A stretch of DNA of 50,959 nt, the filler included, from Diploschistes diacapsis (lineage: Eukaryota): assembly GCA_023645945.1 (NCBI GenBank). It is 3 parts of 3 records of this genome, joined end to end, with 100 filler letters (N's around TTAATTAATTAA, not from the genome) between each part and the next. Parts side by side here need not be neighbours in the genome. Positions count along the whole stretch, not along the records: positions 34,067 to 50,959 come from JALAIB010000481.1; 2 more parts are not named here. One strand, 5' to 3'. The position numbers were made by a program, and so were the translations under genes. Shown in pieces: positions 34,774 to 46,836 of this stretch. Every line of letters starts with the position of its first letter. Position 1 is the stretch's first letter. The notes beneath the pieces were generated by a model. The model ran no database searches. It was given only the letters and a program-made list of their open reading frames with translations, and was not told where the DNA came from.

Positions 34774-37700
34774 TTAAGTGATAGGAGCGCCTGACGAGAA
34801 TCCCGAGTCTCCAAACCCGCTTTCTTCGGGCTTCATTGTCCCGTTGAGCATAGGACATAGTCTAACATCAATCCTCAAGTCAGCTTGACACTTACTACAA
34901 AGTATACGCATGCTTCTTCTTATGAAAATCCCAATATGAAATGAAGAAGAGGGAGACTAAAAGGGGGTGCTTAAGGAAGGGGGTTAACGGTATAAAGGAA
35001 AAGCGGCCATGGCGATCCTGGCTGGGCTCCCTCTAAAAGCCCGTACGCACTTTTTGTTGGTTTTGATATGGCCAATCTGTCCACAATTTGCACATTTCCT
35101 TTGTGTGCCAGGTCCTCCTCTACCTCCTCCTCCTCCACCTGCACCCCCACTCCCTGTAGCAGCCGGTGTCGCTACTGGGTTCGGAGAAGCCGGATTGTCA
35201 TCCGCAGGCCCTGCCTTTTGCTTCTCTCGAGCATGACGTCGATCACGGTTTCTCTCAAGCCGGATGAGCTCCTTCTCCATTCTATGACTATATGTTAGTT
35301 GTGCCATTCCTAGCGTTCCAATATGCTAGGAAACTTACTTCGCACGTATCAAGGCTGGATCGTCACCTACTCGTATGTCTTTAATGCTGCAAGAGGTCAG
35401 CACTATCAAGCTTTCTGGCCAAGTATCACTTACTCGATACTGTCCAGCTTCGACTTGTTCTTCAAGGCAACATATTTCTTCCACACTCTTGGATCCTCTA
35501 TTACCTGCACCTCTTCCTTGAGCTGGCCAGTAGCGTCCTTGACTTTGCGGTATATCTTGAGAATGCGACCACTCGTGCTGTCGGTACTGTACTTGCTCAG
35601 GTGACTTGCAGTTTCGTCATCGCGACGCTTGAAGAGCCCGGAAGGCACAAACTCTGCACGTGACGCCGAGCGGCGGATCGAACGATGGCTGACTTCAGAA
35701 CCGCCGTCTGAGTCTGACTCGGGATCGGAATGCTCAATGTTTGTGGAGAGACTTTGCCTCTGGGCTTCCCAGACATGATGGATCGTCTCCCTGTACTGCT
35801 CTGCCTGCTTTTGAACGTTGTAGTTATGCCCACCGTATTCTTTGAGCTTCTTTGCGTCAAGCTTATCTTCCACACTCTCTCCCAGAGCACGAAACCCGCC
35901 TTTCATAGAAACCTTGAGGAAACTGAAGGCCTCACCCCGTCCCGTAGGATCTCCTTCACCATGAATTTGGAGCATTGCCTTGTTAGAAGCTGCGTTGAGA
36001 AAGTTCTTCGTCGTCCGCCATGGTGCGAGCTGCTGCTCTATAGACTGTCCTTCCCTCGCTTCATCATCCTCATTTTGCGCATCAAGAAACTCGCTGCCGA
36101 ATCCTTCATCCTCGAGGTGCTGCTCACCTACCTGCATAGAATCAAGAAGGCAGACGTCTTCCGGCGAGATCAAGGCTCGTATGGCGTCATCGTCCGGGAG
36201 TGTTTGACCGGTGGGCATCACCCATTCTTTGTTCTCTCTGTCAAATGTCAAAAAGTCCTTCATCTTTTGCCGATTTTGCATGTCGCTCGAGTCAGCTACA
36301 TGCGGTGTTACATCTTGAACCGATATTCTGTGCTTTGGTGGGCTACGTTTCATCAGACGGTAGCAGATCATTCTCAGACGGTTCTTTGACGCCGTGGTGA
36401 CTTTACGGCCGCCGGGGGGCGGGACCTCGACGGAGGGAAATTGTTGTCCCACAACCCGAAGGTGCTCAATGTTCCTCAGATACCACATCGATCCCTCCGA
36501 GCCTGTGGAGTTTCGAATCACCAAGAAATCAGTCGCCTTCGGTTGATGCTCGTACACTGGAGCTTTGAACATCGAGTTGAAAATTGTTGGGGTCAACTCC
36601 CCGGCTTTGATATCTCCAAACTGCGTCAAGGGGCTTGTGTCGTTTGGGAGCAGCACACTTGTCTCGCCTATGTCAGACTTCGGCCGTTCTGCATCTTCTG
36701 GGTGTTTCTTGCGGTAATAATTGACGAGACGACTGCCCATGCCAAAGCTTTGCAGGGTTGTGGGATACTCCTCGGAATACTCCAGCAGCAATACGTTTGA
36801 ATTGTCGGCAAACGACAGGTCGTTGGTCTTGTTGAATATGGCTTGAGTATCCTTGCCCTTTAGATGCTTCCTCTTCACATGCTTGGGTACCTGGAACGTG
36901 ATCGCTTCGTTTCGTTTGAACGATGCAACAGGCCGATGGAAAGCGCGAGCCTCGGTTTTGGGAAGTTTGACCCGATAGTATGGGTATTGCAGACGTAATG
37001 CCGGCATGCTATGGGTAATCGTCAGATTTCCCAATGTGCTGCGAACCTTATTCTGATGATTCTGCTTGAGCTTATCGTAGGCCTCGTCATTTGATATATT
37101 GTATCGGCGCATTATGTCTTTGGTGGAAGCCGAACGTCCCGGGGGTAAAGAAGCAGAGTTCTTGGACCTTTCAATAGCCTTTTCAGACTGTTCCACAAGC
37201 AACAGATGTGGGTCGTTCAGATCAATTACTGGCCGCCTGGCAATCTTGGCTGCAAGCTTATCGTAATTGTCAAAGGATGGACACTCAAACAGAGGGGCAT
37301 TAAGGATTCTGTGGATGTCGGAGCCCACATGGTTCAACTTACGGCGCTAGAGCAACCTGTGAATAGAACCCGAAGCAGAAAAGCGCTTTCACTTACTTTG
37401 CTTGGACTGGTTCCTATACCACCGAGCATAGTGTCACCAAACAGGCCATCATCGTGCTCCGGTTCTAACAGACTGAAGTCTGTGTCTTCGGGCGGAGGGG
37501 AATCAAGATCCCAATCTGCGCAGATAACTTGTAGATCTTGCCAGGTGACACCACCGATGGGATTATTTTCATAATCTGACTCGTCTGTCTCATCGTCGCT
37601 ACTGTTTTCAGCAACATCCAGCTCTTGAATCGGGACAAGTCCCATGTCCCTTTGAGCGTCAAACTTCCTCTTCTGAACTCCGTTCGAGACCTTGAAAAGC

Positions 37701-38488
37701 TTCTCTTGGTCCGCCCCGATTTCTAGACTGACTTTTGTTGGCTGAACGGGCTTTGGAGGTTTGGCAGGTCCCTTCCCAATATAACGAGCTTTCTTGGGGG
37801 GCATCAGGTCCATGAATTTTGGTACAGAATTCTTCTCGAATTTCGGCCACATAGAGGCTAACACCTCCTTGTCATTCTCTGGTGGAGGCGGTGGTAGATC
37901 TACATGACCGAAAGCCGCTCGAGATCGCGCGAACAATTGTTGCTGTTGCAGTAGTTCTTCGGAGATGGCTTCCATTTGCGCTGTAGGGCCGAACAAGCCT
38001 CCGTCCACCTCATCTTGGGAGAGAGCAAGGTTTTCTTGGGTAGAAAACGGCGGCGGAGACCCATTTTGAACGGATCCGATGGGTTCGCCGAATATTTCAT
38101 CCCCTTCAAAATCATAGGACATTCCCGCGCCCTTGTTCTGATTTTTGTTCGCTTCGTCTGGGGGAGAAGACGGAGCGTCACCGAAGAGGTCATCAAGAGG
38201 ATCGCTATCCAGGTCATCCTCTAACTTGATACCATGCATTCCATTACCGTTCGTCACGTGTCGAGGTTGATCTGCTGATCCGGTCACGCATAATTCGTCC
38301 TCATCTTCTGCAAGGTCATCATCGTCTATATCAGCGTAATCGATGGCGCCTTCCGCCTTCTCGCCTGGCCCTTCAGAGTCGCCAATCAACTGGTTAATGT
38401 CGTTGGATTCCAGCGCCTCTTGTATGAGCGCATCATCATCTGGGGTGTCGCTTGCCCCGTTTGAGGGTTGAGATACTGCATGCGGCAT
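34774..38488 (-). CDS. TAF1: TFIID subunit Taf1 (multi-exon)
   Basis: TAND-like AIDYADIDDDDL, RYNISNDEAYD, LLEYSEEYP, LAPWRTTKNF, HGEGDPTGRGEAFSF and a spliced C-terminal zinc knuckle CANCGQIGHIKTNKK|LCPML ending at TAA 34774. Confidence 0.95.
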
Positions 38489-39593
38489 CTTCTCTGTTTC
38501 GAGCGAGGAACCGAGCGCAAAGCGCTGATGCCCTTGTTTCGGAAACGAATGGTGTGGCTACTCGCAGCTGTGCCAAGCAAGGCTCTCCAGACAAATATCT
38601 GCACATAAGCCTCTAGTCGCTCACATAGTGGGTCAACACTGAGACCTCGCTGAAGTGGGTTCAGCGACTGCAGAAGGGTGAACTCCAGTTATACAAAGTG
38701 TACGGGATAAATAGTATTCTTCGAGGAGAGGGTGGAAGAAGATTTGGAGAGACTTTGATAGGGCTGAAATTTAAGGTGCGGCTCTGCGGAAGAAATGCCG
38801 AATTTTTGAACCAGACATACTTCCATCGATATATAAATATAAGCCGAGGGGTCCAGATTAGCCAGATCAGCTAAAATATAAAATATATTACCGAAAGTCG
38901 TATCGCATAGCAGCTTTCGACACAATATTCTTTGCTTTTATGACGCCACTGAATCAGGAAAGTGAGTGATGCTGACCACAGCAAGTGACAGTCGGAAGCA
39001 GGTCACCACACTATTCATTCACGTCGTACTTCAGATATATGCTTCCTTGCCTGCCACGGTCCTTACTATCTACAAGATTTGTTCGTCTAACCGACCTGGT
39101 ATTGTGGGCTGGATATACAGAGGATCACATATGGAGGATCACACAATCAGAGTCTCATATCGGGCTGTTATGCTAAAGATTTCGAGCCAGATTCGATTGA
39201 CCTTTCCGTAATACCATGACCGATACAACATGCAGACCGTTCAAAGCTCTTTCTAGGCCGTCCTTGACGCCGCTGTACCAAACCTGACATGCCTTGACCG
39301 CAAAACTAAATCCCTGCTATCCTGTATCGGAGCCAGAGGCTTTCGGAAGTTCTTTCGGATGCTCTTATGCTTGTGGCAATGGTCAGAGAGAATTGAGTAT
39401 GAGACAGGTCGATGTGATCGTACTGAAGCGCAACTGCTCAAGGCGCAGTGGATCTTTCTGAAACAGTCTTTCCGATAGTCGGATCTCGCATTGTTCCCGC
39501 AACTCCCGACCGTCAAGAAACTAGGCAGATGCCGGAGCAGGAACTGGGTCCTGGGTACGAGCTAGATGTGTGATGACTAAACCCCTGGATTCA

Positions 39594-40528
39594 TCACACC
39601 AGCATCAGTGAGCCAAAAAACGCGCACAAGGCCTATACTAGTGGTCAGACGTGCCAAAACATATGATACACAGGTTAGAACATCAAACCTTGCTTGCGCC
39701 TTCCATGCAGTAATGCATAATAGTGATTCTGTTCTCATCTTCGCTGTAACGAGCCACCTGCCTAAGGTTCGAAGTCCTTGGTAGATAGAGGACGACATCC
39801 TTGGTAAAGGCTTGAAAAGGTTCGATCAAAGCCGATAGGTTGTAAGGCTGCATCTGAGAAAGATCGAAAATGTCATCAGTCCGGTAACCAGGACCTGTCA
39901 GCAGTCAACAGAGGCTAGTTGACTTGGAGTGTTGTAACACCTACCACCCCAAGGAGGGCTACCAAATACTACCGCAAACTCCGCCATTCCTGCTAGGTCT
40001 TTCTGAATGACTTCAAAGCAGTCTCCTTCGTACCATGAAATCGTATGATCAACACCGTAGACCTGTGCGTTGTGTTTGGCACAGGCAAGAACTGCTGGGT
40101 CTTTTTCGATGGCATACACTCGTTTCCATCTTCCAGACTTTGCAAAGGCAATAGTGTTTCCTCCGGCTCCTGCAAAAGCGTCTATAAGGACCGATTTCGA
40201 TTCCGGTGTCGCGCTTGCTACATGCTCCGCGACCTTGCTACCATTAATGAGCATTGGCATAAGACAGCCCTTGGCGGTTTTACTTTGCAACTGGTTCTGG
40301 GGTGACTCCATACCAGGCATCGTCTGTCATCCAGATACCGTCGGCATACCGAGACCAGATACTATAACGCTGATCAAAGTACCTGGATTATATTATTATT
40401 GGATGAAGATAGTGCGCCGGAGGAGCTTGCTTTTGTATATCCCAAGGAACATCCCCCCTATACTCATAATGATGGCACCCTTCGGGGCGCTCTTCGACAA
40501 CCTGTTTGGCCCGCTTCCTCTTGCCCAT
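39594..40528 (-). CDS. TGS1: Trimethylguanosine synthase (snRNA/snoRNA cap hypermethylase); 5 exons, first intron GC-AG (40430-40383)
   Basis: DIQK|YFDQRYSIWSRY..DDAWYGVTPEPVA, SAM motif IDAFAGAGGNTIAFA, SPPWGGPGY and LYLPRTSN. Confidence 0.93.
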
Positions 40529-41016
40529 GGTGCTTTGAGTCCGATTTAGACTATCTGAGGTCAGCTAACATGGTTCATAACATATTAAAACTTTCTAGAT
40601 TGGAAATTAGATATGCAGTACGTTCGGATTTGAAGGCAGTTCAGTATATCCACTTTGCCGAATTCACCTCCTCTCGGTAGTTAGAAATGACGCGAGACTC
40701 CGGCAGTTGCCGAGTAAAATCTCTGCGCAGCAACATTTGAGGGTTTTTTAAATTTCTCGATAGGAACTCTCAGACACGTGGGTCTGGCAGTGGTTTCCAA
40801 GTCATGGAGAAGTAACGATGACTCGAATAATGAAAAATACCTTGGTTACTAAAGTAACAAAGGCGCTCACCGCTCTTACTTTGGCCACAAACTTGATGCA
40901 AAGTCCTGGACCCGAGTCGTAGGTTTGTATCTCTCTAAAATATTTCTCCCTCATCTCCCTATCAACCTTTCACTACTCTTCACCACAGCAGCAAATTGAT
41001 TACATTACTACGCACA

Positions 41017-41885
41017 AGTAAGTCCACCTCAACCCTACTCCTTCGACCCTCAACTAAACCCTCTGCACCAGTGTCTCCAATAGTCCACTGCGTCCGCCAC
41101 GCCCAGGGCTTCCACAACCTCTCCCTCGCCAACCACGCCCTCCCGGACCCTGAACTCACGGAAACTGGCAAAAACCAATGCACCAAACTCTCGCAAGCCT
41201 TCCCCTACACCTCTTCCGTCTCCCTCCTCGTCGCTTCCCCGCTCCGTCGAACCCTCTACACAGCCCTCCTCTCTTTCCCTACCCTCACCCAGGCCCCAAA
41301 GAACCTAAAGATCATTGCCCTACCAGAAACGCAGGAGACAGGGGCGGTGCCCTGCGATACGGGCCTCGAGCCCGAGGCGCTGAGGAAGGAGTTCAAAGAT
41401 CAGCCGGTAGACCTATCGCTGGTCAAGGAGGGCTGGAACAGCAAGACGGGCAAGTGGGCGCCCGAGGCGGACGCAGTGAGGGCGCGGGCAAAGGAGGCGA
41501 GGCAGTGGCTCAAGGCGAGGCCGGAGAAGGAGATAGTGCTGGTCACCCACGGCGGGTTCTTACACTATCTGAACGAAGATTGGGCCGGTTTCGACGCTAT
41601 AAAGGGTAAGTGTCTCCTTGTCTGCCCGTCTTCATCGAGCTCGGGCGTGGAGCTGCGGCTGATGCTGGCATGTTAGGTACCGGATGGGTCAACGCCGAGT
41701 TCCGCAGCTATTCGTTCAAGGAGGAAGAAGGGGATAATGCGTCGATGGTCGAGACGGAAGCCTCGAGGAAGCGCAGGGCGGGTACGGAGATTCCGCTGAC
41801 GGGGACCGAGGAGCTGCAGTTGAGGAGGACGACGAGCCACAAAGAAAACCCGAATAGCTCTCTTTCCCTACTGAGCAAGGCCTGA
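41017..41885 (+). CDS. Histidine phosphatase / phosphoglycerate mutase-like protein; exons 41017 (A of the ATG), 41072-41605, 41677-41885
   Basis: VRHAQGFHN phospho-His motif, DPELTETG, SPLRRTLYT, PCDTG, VTHGGFL and GTGWVNAEFRSY. Confidence 0.9.
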
Positions 41886-42204
41886 CTGTATTGGGGCAAC
41901 GGTAATCGACGAAATCCGAGCACGGCGCGCAGGCCAGAGGCGATCTAGACTGCACCGGTGTCTTCGGAATGCCGCTTTAGCTCTGTCAAGGTCGTCGGAG
42001 CTTTCTCGCGGGAGCATTCGAGGGCTGCGCCAAGGTAGGTTCCAAATTAAAGCATGAGAATTGGCGTTACCAGATAAGACAAGCACTGGAGGCAAAAAAA
42101 AGCACGACAGACCCGATAGACTACTAGATCTCTACTAAAACCATTGATGATGGTCCAGATGTCCCATAGACAATGATGGTCCTAGTGCTCACAACTACCC
42201 CCTC

Positions 42205-43719
42205 CTACTCCGCATCCAACGGCGCAACAGGTGGCGTATCATCCACCTGGATCCCGCCCCTCTTCTTTTCCCCGCTGTCGTGGAACGGCAGCTTCCAGCC
42301 CCCCTCGCTCTCCGGCGTCGCCAGCCATAGCCTCATCAGATGCCTCCTGGGTGCGGGCGGTGGGTAGTCCCTGTACGCGGTGCGCGCGTGGAAGATATGC
42401 TCGTTGGACAGGAACTGGATGTCGCCGACCTCGAGCACCATGTGCAGGGCCTCGTGCAAGCACGTCTGCTCCAGCACGTCGGCGGCCTCGAGCTGCGCGG
42501 GCGAGAGCGGCGGGATGAGCCCTGCGTCGCTGAAGCGGGTCAGGGAGCGGATGAAGTAGGGGTCCCATCTGTGGAGTGGTGTGGTGAGTTATGGTGTATG
42601 GTGTGCAAGGGGGATTTAGGGGGGTATGGAGGAAGAAGTGGGGGAATCGGGGAAGGTTACTTTGTGTAAACGCGGCCCTCGCCGTCGGGCTCGAGGTAGA
42701 AGACCGAGCTGCGGATGTAGGCTTCTTCTCCTTGGCTTTCCTCGCCTTTGCGGTCGCTGGTCGGGTTATTAGATCTATGATCATGCAAGACGTTGAAATG
42801 TGCTGGCTTACAAATACCAGATCGGAGAGACGAGGGTTTTGAGAACATCTGGCCTTTCGCGCCTGAGAATGTTGTAGACGTTGTGGGAGGAGACAATGTC
42901 CGACTCGCCACCCTCAAGAGCGCGAGCCACGCATAGGAGACCGACCAGGTCCGAGTCGTCGGTGTGGAAGAATTGACTGTCATATTAGAGCAGGTTCGCA
43001 TTGGTGCGATGGGCCGTACCGAGCATTAGTTCTGTATATCCTTACTTTATCAATCTGTTTAGGGTCTTCGCCAAGATCTTTGACATGACCCAAGACATGG
43101 CCCCTACCGTTTTGACTGACAAAATAGCCTTGGCATGATCAGCATGTTGAGCAGCTATGGACTATATCATGCATAGAATGGCACCCCGATGTGCTACTTT
43201 TAGTCTCCTGACTCACCGAGGTATGTGCCAAGGCCCATGTAAGCGACTGCTGATTTGTGGTTGCCCGAAGCTTCAGCTGGGAAACCCTTGAACAGAATGA
43301 AGCCCTTGCCGTTCAGCAGCTCTGTGCGAACGGCAGAAAGAAAACCGGCCATATCTGGCAGAGGGAAGTTGTCCTAAGCCATGAGTACGGCATGTCCTAC
43401 TCGAACATCTTAAACTCACCTTCGCAATCCCAGTCAGTGGAGTTCCAGCGGCGATGAAAGCATCGGCTGCAGTACTCATTTCCGCGACCTCCTCGTCTGA
43501 GAATCTATGCACCCATCGCTCTGGGTTGTTTTCATAGTCCTCCTTTTTCCAGACGGATGAACCTTTGATCTCATCCGGAAACTCCTCAAAGCTCTTCAGC
43601 TTCTCGTACAAAGGAGGATGCTGCCCGCTAGTCTTGATGCCGTCTGGGAAGATGTCCCTTGAAACAGAAAGAAGCTTAAGGGGTGGTTGAGGAAGGCTTT
43701 CAGCAACGGCAGGAGCCAT
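42205..43719 (-). CDS. TauD/TfdA (clavaminate synthase-like) Fe(II)/2-oxoglutarate dioxygenase, multi-exon
   Basis: HxD motif in QFFHTDDSDLV, distal His in NEHIFHART, 2OG-binding region RRHLMRLWL, GKGFILFKG and VSQNGRGHVLGHV. Confidence 0.88.
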
Positions 43720-44173
43720 ATTGGACTGGAGGAGAATTGAACAGAAAATTGTAAAGCTAGGAAACAATGGATAATTCGAAGAGAAAGAAGCTTAAGAGAT
43801 GAACCTGCCTTTTGAAGACGAAGAAGAATGTGGTGCCTCTAGGTTTGCAAATACTGGGGAACGCATATGTCACCATCCTGACTGAAGTGAACTGGTACTC
43901 GTCGGCAGCATGCCGTGACGCTCTATGTGGGCTTCTAATATGTGCGGCTGTTATCTAGAAGTATCGGCGACAGGCGACAACCAGAAAAAGAGAGCATGTT
44001 GTATGTATGGTGTGGTGGGGAAAGGACAAGAGGGAAAGGGAAGTCGAAGATTACTAATTTATTAGATACCACGATGGTCCGTGCGTTTCACGTTTCTTTC
44101 GCAAAATCTTCAACCAATGCCTACTGTAACTGTACAGTAGAATACTGGATGTCCATGTAGTCTATAAACCTTC

Positions 44174-45341
44174 ATGCGCTTCTTGAGCAAGCAGCACAAA
44201 GTCGCAACCAAACCATGGTATCTTTCAACGAAAATACACAGCCTTTCTTTTTCAACTGCCTTTGCCCCTTCAAAACCCGTTATTGTCCCCGTTGGTTCTA
44301 ATGGGTCGATCACTCTCGAGTAGGAAGAAAAGACTCCCTACGCAGACCCTAGTTAATGTTTGCAGTATCTGGCATCCCTCTCAATCACCATCAAGGGCAA
44401 GTCCAGTGATCATCTACTTGCCAAGAGGCCCTGTGTCGTTCAATGGCTTTCCAGAATCGACAAGCCTTATACCTCTGGCTTCGACGGCCAACGCGACTAT
44501 AGTTCGTCTAAACTATCGCCTTTCTACAGAGCGAAAGTATCCGACTCCGATACACGATGTTCTTGCCGGCTACGATTGGGTTGCTCGGAACTTGGTTCGT
44601 GGCTCTCTACAAGGTATGGGAAGAGCTGGTCCTGGCAAGGTAGCAGTATGCGGCGAGCTCATTGGAGGTAGCCTTGCTGCTGCCTTGACATTTACTGAGT
44701 GCCATTCTATGAAGACGGGAATCAGAGCTGCCGTCATGGGAAGTCCGATCAGTGACTGGACTGCCATGTACCCTATCAAGCCCAGACCGCGGTCGATGAG
44801 TGCAGTAGCCACGACTACCAGCACGAAGAAGCGAGCAACTCGGTTATCCGCTTGGGAAGCAAATGCTTCGAGCGAGATACTGTCTGCTGCCGCACTTTTA
44901 AAGGCTCGTAGGGACCTGTTCCGGTTGCCCGAAGATTACTTTGATCCATTCGCCTCGCCTACACTGTTCTTTCGGACGCCTAGCAGCAGCATCCCAGGAG
45001 TGATTGATCCTCTAGATGAGCTGTTTTTCGACCTTGACATCAGCCCCGAGCAATCGATGAAGAAGCGCCGATCGTACCGTCGCTTCCCGCCACCCGCCTT
45101 AAGCCTGCAGCTGCCGGATGCGTTGTTCTGGGTTGGGGAAGAATCTGTCCTGAGAGATCAAGGTATCGATCTTGCCGAAGGTATGGCTCGTAGCAATCAT
45201 CTTTATGGTGGACCGAGCGGTACAGGAGAGGGTACGGGATGGGAAAGGGTGGAAGTGGAGCTTAAGCATGGTACAGGGTGCTGGGGCGAAGCTGAGCTAG
45301 TGGACATAGGGACATGGTTTGGACAGAAGTTGCGAGATTGA
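44174..45341 (+). CDS. Alpha/beta-hydrolase-fold (HSL/GDXG-like) protein lacking the catalytic Ser; intron 44320-44365; possible mitochondrial presequence
   Basis: LNYRL..KYPTPIHDVLAGYDW, GELIGG at the nucleophile elbow, DPFASP and VLRDQG. Confidence 0.8.
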
Positions 45342-45355
45342 AATTCTCGTGCATT

Positions 45356-46423
45356 TTATTGCTTCGCGCCCAACACCGCCTTAACGACCTCGAGCACCTC
45401 ATTGTGCAGCGATTTCGGAGCTGCTACGACACCTTTGTTACACTTGAGAGTTCGACCGATACCGAAATCGAGCTTCTTCCCTTCCGCATCCGTGACGACT
45501 CCTCCAGCCTCCTCTACGATCAAAGCACCTGCCGCATGATCCCAGATCTTCTCCTCATACGACTTGCTCACGGGCAGCCTCAAATAAATATCCCCGGCAC
45601 CCCTGGCCACCGACCCATACTTGCTTTGCGAGTCCATCCTCACGCTTGGCTTCGTGATCCCGAGCTTCTCTGCAATGGCCGCCTGATCGCCGTGCGAGCT
45701 ATGTCCCGCCTCGACGCTTTCGCAGAAAGTCGCATCCTTCATGTTAGGGCTTTTCATCGAGATAGCCTTACTTTCCAGCAAATCCCCCTCGCCAAGCGGC
45801 TGACTCGTAGCCCCCTCTCCTCTCACCGCCGCGAATAAAACACCTCTCTGATATTCATCCTCCTTCCCCCCTCCAACCTCCGCGCTCAAGGGAGCCTTGT
45901 CATCAACCGGCAGATTCGGACAGCCAAGCACCCCAACCTGCACCTCCCCGTCCACAATGAGCGCCAGGCATACCGCATACTGCCCACCCCTCAAGAACCC
46001 CTTTGTCCCATCAATCGGATCCAGCGCCCAGAACCTTCCCTTGTTCCCACCCTCGCTGTTCCCTGCATCGATCGCCGCCAGCATGGCCTCTTCGTCCTTG
46101 ACTGGGCCGCCCATCTCCTCATCGACGGCACCCGAAAGCCTTACGCCTTTGATAGCCTCCCATATCTGACTTTTGAGGCTGTCGTTGCTGCGTAGGGAAC
46201 CCGCGTCTTCTTCGCCGACGATCTGATCTTGGGGGAAGGAATGCCGGATGGCCTGGATGATGAGAGCCTGGCTGCCGTAGTCGCCGACAGTGACGGGGGA
46301 TTTGTCATTTTTGAGCTCGGTGCCCTTGACGCGCTCGTGGAAAACGCGCTGCGTGAGAAGCGTGGCACGCTGAACGGCGAGGCAGGCGAGACGGAGCTCG
46401 GAGGCGTAGGACGGGTGTGACAT
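45356..46423 (-). CDS. MET22: 3'(2'),5'-bisphosphate nucleotidase (PAP phosphatase)
   Basis: KNDKSPVTVGDY, IVGEED, WALDPIDGTKGFLRGGQYAV, CESVEAGHS, MDSQSKY and EKIWDHAAG. Confidence 0.95.
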   Translation of the reverse strand: MSHPSYASELRLACLAVQRATLLTQRVFHERVKGTELKNDKSPVTVGDYGSQALIIQAIRHSFPQDQIVGEEDAGSLRSNDSLKSQIWEAIKGVRLSGAVDEEMGGPVKDEEAMLAAIDAGNSEGGNKGRFWALDPIDGTKGFLRGGQYAVCLALIVDGEVQVGVLGCPNLPVDDKAPLSAEVGGGKEDEYQRGVLFAAVRGEGATSQPLGEGDLLESKAISMKSPNMKDATFCESVEAGHSSHGDQAAIAEKLGITKPSVRMDSQSKYGSVARGAGDIYLRLPVSKSYEEKIWDHAAGALIVEEAGGVVTDAEGKKLDFGIGRTLKCNKGVVAAPKSLHNEVLEVVKAVLGAKQ

Positions 46424-46836
46424 GGTAATGGTGTTGTAGAAGTGCGAGCGGAGGAGGTTGAGGCGTGAAAGGAGAGATGGCACGAGGGGTGGGGCCAGAA
46501 CGGCAAGGAGCAGAGGGAGGATTGCAAGGAGTATTGGAAGTATTGCGAGAAGTTCTGAGAAGATCAAGAGGAACAGTGGAGACTTATAAGAAGCGGCGAA
46601 GAGCACTGGGAGTGGGAGAAGTATCTAGAGCAGCAGACCAGGACTGCAGGTGGAGGGCATTGGACGAGGGGTGTTGGGTGCGAGGGTAAAGCCTACCTAG
46701 ATTAGCAGCTAGATGCTGGCTCTGAGGAGACTCCTCTAGATGTAGATGTACGGAGCCGTACTGACAACTACAGGTAGATATAATAATATATGTAAGAGCT
46801 CTCTGCTCACTGGGTAGGCAGAGCTTGAAGTCTTGG

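Noticed and set aside
38500..39590. snoRNA, snRNA or tRNA in the TAF1-TGS1 intergenic region
   Set aside because: No convincing C/D box pair, Sm site or cloverleaf by eye; an Infernal/tRNAscan run would be needed to exclude one.
517..46423. Sulfur gene cluster linking cystathionine beta-lyase with MET22 and the TauD-like gene
   Set aside because: The genes are on different contigs joined by artificial spacers.
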